A DNA stretch of 64,000 nt from Blastocystis sp. Blastoise. Taxonomy: Eukaryota; Protista; Bigyra: Opalinata. The DNA is taken from the NCBI GenBank assembly GCA_039096225.1, contig JBBPEB010000030.1, positions 744,001 to 808,000 on the forward strand. Reading direction: 5' to 3'. Shown here one piece after another: positions 49,232 through 64,000 of this stretch. Position numbers and translations under genes: made by a program. Position 1 is the stretch's first letter, and each line of letters opens with the position of its first letter. The notes under the pieces were generated by a model. The model saw only the letters and a program-made list of their open reading frames with translations. It did no database searches and was not told where the DNA came from.

Positions 49232-49704
49232 TCTATAATATTTTTAAATTATTTTATTATATTAGTATATGTTTTTCAAAGTGTTCCAAATTATTGTCGA
49301 ATTTAGATTTATATAACATATATATGATGTTATTATATTATATATAAAGTATATACATAAAACAGTATATCATCAAGTAAATATAACAAATAAAGCATAT
49401 TTTTCAAAATTATAAAAGAAAAACGGTTTTTAGCCAAATTTACTTACGCAACAAGAAATTTATTCGTAAATTATTACTTTTGTCATTCATTACCGTTTGT
49501 ACTATTATATATTCTGAAATAATTCATTATTACGGTCTATATCATTATTAACATTTTTTATACATTTTTCAATACCTTATTACTAGATCAATCAATCATT
49601 TTTGTGACAATCTGCGAAAATAAACAAAACAAAGATTTCTATTTTTATATACAAGATCTAAAAAAAATAAAAACAATAAACTAAATGAAAAATATATAAA
49701 TAAA

Positions 49705-56461
<6,757 letters not shown>

Positions 56462-57339
56462 TTTTTTGTTTGGTAATAAAATAAGACTGACTAATTCATA
56501 AATGTTCTTTGTATTTATCGTGTTCAGTTTCGATTCATTTATAGTAACATATAAAAACAAATCAGAGATTTGCGTGCTAAAAAAATAGAAATAAAAACTC
56601 GACAAACTAATTCAATTATAACTAAAATGGGAAACACGCTAAAAAGAAGATTGATTTCATACATTCTAATTATAAGGCATGCACCTTATTACCCTTAATA
56701 TCTAGATATTTCATGTATATAAGGATTGTATATGACAATATATAGATAATTTGTACGTACTTTTTCACTTTTGACTATTTGTAATTATTCCTAGATTTAT
56801 CGTATGATGTGCATGATAAAACGATACAAATCTATTAATAAAACACTGGATAATACGAAAATTAAGAAATTTTATCCGTTTTTAGATATTCTACTTTGCT
56901 CATTACGATCTATATATGGTTTTTAACTACAGTATTTATATTATTCATATACTATGAATGAATAGTTTGTTTTGCTTGAAAAATATATTATGGTTTTTTA
57001 TTGGTTGAACGAATAAAATTTGGAATACAATAGCAACAAAATATATTTTTGGGAATTCAAAAATTATGCTTATTTTTAAGACTTTAATCATAGAAATGAC
57101 AATTAGATAATTCTAAGGGGGTATAAATTAAAAGATGCCCCTATTTAAAACACTGAGACAATTTCGTGAATATGATTTATGCAATCTAATCAATAAAAAG
57201 AGATCATATAGAATGAATGGCCTATAATTAAATATCATCTCTTACAAATGGAATCAACTCGTGGTGGAGCCTTCACTCGTTTTGTTGTTTTGAAGTATTT
57301 TCTTTTGTCTTATTCATTCGTAATATCAAATATATTAAC

Positions 57340-60300
57340 ATGGTATGCATTAATTTATATATCTATGAATTATACGTTATATAGGGTAAAACTAATTATA
57401 TTTTATTTGAACATGCTTCTGGCTATTCTCTCTACGAAATCGTAGAAAAGGAAGAAATTGCCAGTCTTAAGGCACAAGTTCAAGAGAGTGTTCTTGATTT
57501 ATCTAAATTCAGTAAATTAGTCAAGCTCGTTGCTTTCTGTCCTTTCGTTTCTGCTGAAAGTGCTTTAGAAAATATTAACAATCTTTCTGAAGGTCTTTTA
57601 CCTCAAATTCTTCGTGATTTCGTCGAAGCTAACCTTCCTAAGGTTAAATCTGATAAATCCAATTATTGTTTAGGTGTTGTATGTAATTTAGAACTATAAA
57701 ATAATAACAAATTTTTCCGAATCTATCATTTCTATATAAGATTTCTTTTTTACTTTTCATGAATCTAATTCCATTAATATATATAAATATATACTATAGG
57801 TTGATCCTAGAATTGGTCAAGCTATTCAAGAAGAAATTGGTTTCCCCTGTGCTTCTAATGATGTTGTATGTACTCTATATTAAAATATTAAGATAAAAAA
57901 AATATATATAAATCTTCGTTATTAAAGCTACATATTCTTATTCGTTATGAATGATTCCAATATTATTTAGATTCTTGAAATTATCAGAGGTATTCGTTAC
58001 CATTATGCTCATTTCATTCCTGCTCTTAATAATGGAGGTATGGAAAAGGCTGAATTAGGTTTAGGTCATAGTTATTCTCGTGCTCGTGTGAAGTTCAATG
58101 TCAACAGAGAAGATAATATGATTATTCAAGCTATTTGTATTTTAGATCAAGTATATATATATTTATTATTGCTTTTAAAAATAATAATTTTCTTTTTTGC
58201 GTTTCCTATTTATTTGTATTAGAGTGTTTTTTAGTATTCATTTATTATTAATTTTTATTTATTTAACAATTTCTCTATGTATGCATTGTTTAAAGTGTTC
58301 TTTATTTTTTCATTATATATGATATATATATATTATTTAACGTGATTTGTGTATCTTATCGGTTTATTCTTATGTTTTTTTTCTTATTTGTGTGTGTATT
58401 TGTGATATTCTTTTTTAAAGAATTCATTACATTTATATTTCTATGAGAATAATAATGAACATTCAGTGTTTATATATTTTTTTTGTATCCATTACTTCTT
58501 CATCTATTGTATTATATATATATAATACAATAGATGAATAGATAGAATGAGATTGATTAATATATATGTTGAATATTATTATTATTCGATGACTTAATTA
58601 TAATCTTGTTGAAAGTCTTATTTATATTTATGAATTAACTGTAGATTCTTTTCCATGAATTCTCTGTTATGCTATAAATATATGATAATGTTATGAATGA
58701 ATAATAAGATTATAATTGAAATGGCATCATATATTAGTATACATATGTTTCCATTGATTCTTTGTCTACTCCTATTTCTCTATATTACAATAGAGAGATA
58801 GGATTGACTATAGAAATCTAGAATGTCTTTATGTATATATAAGTATGTTTGTCACGTATTGAATTGTATGGGTGTTCGTATTGTTGTCGCGGTATATTTA
58901 CATATCATTATATATGTATGCTTCTACAATAAAGAAAAATTCTAGTTTCAGTGGATATTCATATAGAAATATTATAATAATTTATAATATATTTATATGA
59001 ATAGATATCTGTTTCTATTTTTTTTTTAATAATTTTATTGAAGAATGCATTCTATATATATATAATATGTATATACATAAAAAAGAATTAAAACGAATAA
59101 GTAAACTTGTTGCTTTTTATTTTCATTTTTAAAAAATGAAAATGAAATCAATAAGAGAATATTAAGAATAAAATATGTTAAATATTATATATATTCATAT
59201 ATAATGAAATGGTTTGAGTGAAATGAGAATAGTCTTGATGTTATTGTATATTAACTCTATACTTTAACTGAATAGATCTGATTCTAAAGGCAAACCATTA
59301 ATATATAAATATATATGAATTAATATGTTTTTTCTATTTTTATATCGTTTCATTTCTCTTGTATTACGTACGTTTTTTTGTACTGTGTTTTATTTTTGTT
59401 CCTCCAATTTATATTTTCTTTCCCTCTGTAGATCGATAAGGATTTAAATACCTTCTCTATGAGAATGAAGGAATGGTTCTCTTGGCATTTCCCTGAAGTT
59501 AAGGATATTGTCAAGGATAACTTCCAGTATATATATTAGATATATTATTATTTTATATTTATTATTATTTGCATTTAATAAATAATTATAATTCTATAAG
59601 TATATATATATATACATATATATATAGATATGCTCGTCTTGTAAAGTTAATTAAGTCTCGTAAATATTTTGAAGGTCTTAATGAAGGTGAATTAGATGAA
59701 GAGAGTCAGAAGAGAGTTGATGATTTAAATAAAGTCACTCTCGATGAAGCTGTTACTAAGCAAATTATTGCTGCTGGTCATATTTCTATGGGTCAAGATA
59801 TCAGTGAAATCGATTTAATTTCAATTAACAGATTTGCTGATAAGTATATATATATTGTTATTTATTAGTAATATCAATTATTCATTTGTTATCATAGTTG
59901 TTTTATTCTTTATGTTTATTTAAATATATAAAAGTTAATTAAAATGATATCTTTAGGGTTATTGAATTAACTAAGTATCGTGAAAATCTTTACACTTATT
60001 TAGAGAATCGTATGCATAATGTTGCTCCTAACTTATCTGCTCTTATTGGTGAAATGGTCGGTGCTAGACTTATTTCTCATTCTGGTATGCTTTAATTATA
60101 TTATTATTATATTTATTATTATATTTATTATTCTATTTATTATTTATTTATTATTTTATTTATTATTCTATTTATTATTCTATTTATTATTCTATTTATT
60201 ATTCTATTTATTATTTTATTTATTATTCTATTTGTTATTCTATTTATTATTCTATTTATTATTCTATTTATTATTCTATTTGTTATTCTATTTGTTATTC

Positions 60301-60973
60301 TATTTATTATTCTATTTATTTATTATTCTATTTATTATTCTATTTATTATTCTATTTATTATTCTATTTATTATTCTATTTATTATTCTATTTATTTATT
60401 ATTCTATTTATTATAGGTTCCCTTACTAATCTTGCTAAGTGTCCTGCTTCTACTATTCAAATCTTAGGTGCTGAAAAGGCTCTTTTCAGAGCTCTTAAGA
60501 CTCGTGGTAATACTCCTAAGTATGGTATTATCTTCCACTCCTCCTTCATTGGTCGTGCTGGTGCTAAGAACAAGGGTAGAATCTCTAGATATCTTGCTAA
60601 TAAGTGTTCTATTGCTTGCCGTTTAGATTGTTTCAGTGATAATCAAACTGATAAATATGGTTTAAAGATGAAAGATCAAGTTGAACAACGTCTTAATTTC
60701 TATGAAACTGGTGTTCCTCCTCAAAAGAATGTTGATGCTATGAAGGAAGTCATCGAAGAAATAGCTAAAGAACCTAAGGTTGAAATTGAAGAAGAAGAAC
60801 CTAAAGTTGAAAGTGAAGAAAAGAAAGAAATGGAAATTGAAGAAGAAGAACCTAAGAAAGAAGAAAAGAAAGAAAAGAAGGAAAAGAAAGACAAAAAGGA
60901 AAAGAAAGAAAAGAAAGATAAAAAGGAAAAGAAAGAAAAGAAGGACAAAAAGGAAAAGAAAGATAAAAATTAA
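57340..60973 (+). CDS. NOP56: Nucleolar protein 56 (box C/D snoRNP core), 8 exons
   Basis: [55 protein letters not shown] tail. The first coding exon is ATG only (57340-42, intron 57343-57384). Confidence 0.95.
59193..59320 (+). ncRNA. Candidate intronic box C/D-like (kink-turn) RNA element in the NOP56 long intron
   Basis: TTGATGTTA (59235-43) can pair with TAACTGA (59265-71). A second CTGA lies at 59278. Enclosed by stems AATGGTTTG/CAAACCATT and ATTCATATAT/ATATATGAAT. Confidence 0.35.
60120..60410. repeat. Intronic (TATTTATTATTC)-like 11-12 bp tandem repeat
   Basis: More than 20 units in the last NOP56 intron. Confidence 0.9.
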
Positions 60974-61577
60974 ACATTCCAAAGGTCTATAGATAGTATT
61001 GATTCTTCTTATAATATACTAATAATTATTGATTCGTTGCTGTCCGTTTTCTATATCTATTTATATATTCCTTTATTAGTAATGATTTAATTTTATTTAT
61101 CTTTTTATCTAAAATATGGATTTCAAAGTATTCTATTCTATTTGTTTTTTTTTCATATCTTTTGTTGTTCTTTGTAAAATGATAAACAATGAAATTCTTT
61201 ATTGTTTGCATTTATAAATTATATGTTTGAACTCTCTTTTCATCAATTTTTTACACATTTTTAAATATATATTTTTTGTTTTGTTTTTCAAAATATTCAT
61301 CAAGACTATAGTATATGTGTGTTTTCTATAAAAGATATATTCTATATATTTTGATTGTCATATCGAAATAAGAAGGATTGGGATATCAAACCTATTTTTT
61401 ATTTTGTTTCATTTTATGCACAGTTTCTAAAAATAGTAGATACATTTCGTTTTAGAGTCAAGAAATTAAATAAAATCGTGGTTATTCTGAAGAAATTCAA
61501 GAAATGTGAATCTTTATAATTTTTGAAGAAAAACACGATACTTTCTTAAAGCGACTACTAAACACATAATTAATAGA

Positions 61578-62851
61578 ATGTCTTCCCTTGATGACTGGCA
61601 AAATGATGCTGAAGAGTCTGTGTTCAAATTAGAGACATCCGTCAAAGCTCTTGTAGATGAACATGATAAAAAGGCTAAAAATCAATGTTTAAAGGATGCT
61701 AATCTCAATTTAAGTGAAGCAAATGATAACATTGATACTTTTGGTATACAAATTCGTAAAACTCAAGGTTCTGATATGTTAAAATATCAAGATGTATATA
61801 TTTATATTGTTGATTATATATCTATATACTATAAATGAGTGATTCACGTATTTTCATATTTATTTGATTCTCTAATATGATATATTTATTGAGTATATTC
61901 ATAGAAAAAAAATGAACTTGCTGATCGTGTGAAAGCTGCCAAAGCAGAAATAAAAAAACAAACACAAATTGTTGAACGAAGTGCTTTAATGGAAGGTATT
62001 CTTCTTCTTATTTATATGAGTCTTTTATATCCTATATAATATATATTATTTATTTTAAGAATATAATTTGATTATATATATATAAATAATAGGCAATACA
62101 ATAGAAGGAGAACAAGGAGGCGATATGCTTTTACAACATGCCTTAAAGGTATATATATTATTATATATATATTATTATTATGTATAAATCTTATATGTAA
62201 ATTTAATATATATATTTATATTATCAATAATATTATCAATAAATATTATCAATAAATAAATCAATAAATATTATATATATATGTATCCAATATATAATTG
62301 ATATTCTTATATAGATTCAAGATAAGACCCGTGATGCTATTAATCAAACCCTATTAACGTTAAATGAAACCAAGCAGGTCGCTTCAAACACAACTACTGC
62401 TCTGAATCAACAAACGGAACAAATTGACCATATGAATGTAAATGTGAAAAGTATTGATCAAGAACTGAATAGATCCGATAGAGTATATTATATATATATA
62501 TATCATTAATATACTTTTACTCTATATTATTCATTATATATATATATAGCTAATTAAAGACTTTGCTGTAAGAATGATGACAGATAAATTGATTATGGTG
62601 TTTATTACTATTATTGTTATTGGCATTATTGCTGCTATTATATTATATCTTGTATTCAAACAAGATGAAACACGTATATATATATATATTCTTTTTTTTA
62701 AATATTCTTCTGATTATTATTTTAAATATACAAGTTAATTAATAAAAAAATATATAAATATAATATATATATAGCAACTGCTGCTCCTGCACCTCCTACA
62801 GCATATTTTAGACAAGTTTTTGATTCAGTGAAGCAATTATCAAGTCAATAA
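61578..62851 (+). CDS. Qb-SNARE (NPSN/Vti1-like), 6 exons
   Basis: N-terminal helical domain, SNARE coil (LNQQTEQIDHM), MMTDKL followed by a TM helix. Confidence 0.82.
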
Positions 62852-63431
62852 TTTTTTTTTAACATTATTCTCCTTGATATCACTCACTATTAGCCATGTT
62901 TATTAAATAATTTTAAATCTAAAAAATATCATGTATATTATCTCATATCTGTGCTTTTTAATATCTATACATATCACTTTTTCTACTCTTCATTTATTTG
63001 TATTCTTCTCATTTTATTTTTTTTTACATTTTCTATCAGTATTGGTACTGAATCTTTATGACCTTTTCATTCATTTTTTTTGTTTGAAAATATTTAACTT
63101 GACTTTCTTTCTTTTGACGGTTTCATCTTTTTTAACATTTCACTTTCCTCTCAAGTAATCAATTAAAATAGTCAACAATCACTCTATATGCATTTTTCTA
63201 TTATATAGAATAGTTCTATTGACCTTAAAAGGTTTTTTTTTTCATTTTCTTTATGGAGAATACTGAATTTTGTTTTTTGTGTATTAACAGATTTTCAGAC
63301 TTTTTCAGTCACATTATTCCATTTAAATTGAATGTTTATTAATTTACTTTTCATAACAGTTCTATTTATATTTACATATCTTCTGTGATTCTACCAATAG
63401 TATCTCTTCATCTTTCTATGTACTCCTAATT

Positions 63432-64000
63432 ATGGAAGAAGATTACGAAGATCCTTTTTTAGACTCTGAAATTCGATGTATTCATTTTTATATTATCTAG
63501 TAGATATCAAGTTTAGATACTGTAAAACCTTCCATAACGGCACCCTTAAATGTATATCATTATCGTGATCCACAATATAAAATGATTGAAAGTACGGCTA
63601 TCCGAGATGAAAGGTGTTGTTTTAAACAGGACTCTGACGATGAAAAGTATTTTTTTTTAAGATTTATATTGTTACTAACATTTTAAAATTTCCTTTATTA
63701 TTAAAGATATAGTATTCCAACTCAAGGGTTTCGTAAAATAAAGCGAAAAAGAGGAAGTAACGATAGAGTTATTAGTAAAGGCAAGCCAAATTATGTAGTA
63801 AGTTTTTTTTTCATGTTTTGTTTTTATTATTATTATTTATAGAGTGCTTGTCCAAGTTATTCTACTCAATATACAAAAACAGATATTCAAGATATAGGAA
63901 TATATTATGAAGTAGATTCAGAAGATGAAGAATTTATTACACATTTAAAAAAGTATTTATATATATTATTTGTATTATTATTATTAGTGTTATATGTATG
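63432..64000 (+). CDS. EPL1/Enhancer-of-polycomb-like domain protein, 5' part only
   Basis: IPT motif and YEVDSEDEEF resemble the EPL1 YD(L/M)DSEDE motif. Runs off the window end. Confidence 0.55.

Noticed and set aside
60662-60992. Antisense and alternate-frame ORFs over the NOP56 3' end
   Set aside because: By-products of the purine-rich KKE/D repeat.

Overview
Very AT-rich (about 20% GC by eye), intron-dense eukaryotic DNA. Gene content (secreted sulfatase, legumain, giant Ig-like/carbohydrate-binding surface protein, mitochondrial carriers) best fits a Blastocystis/Proteromonas-like gut stramenopile; this is inference. Manual exon tracing gives 18 protein-coding genes (the last one partial), two convergent identical tRNA-His genes, a decayed CACTA transposon (12-bp TIRs, 3-bp TSD) and a 140-bp hAT MITE (8-bp TSD). 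The main result concerns splicing. Among roughly 110-120 traced introns, five can only, or best, be read as non-canonical GT...AC, all in the context C|GTATA...TAC; one of them is homologous to GT-AG introns in two neighbouring paralogs. Three more are U12-type AT-AC introns. Many ordinary introns have self-complementary (TA)n ends in place of a polypyrimidine tract, and a very divergent SF3B3 homolog lies in the window. Other signals are a 1.28-kb hairpin-rich intron with a C/D-like motif in NOP56, an over-represented exonic CCGCGG palindrome, and a recurrent upstream TCGTG motif. All gene models are manual predictions without RNA evidence. Most short ORFs in the supplied track are intronic microsatellite artefacts.
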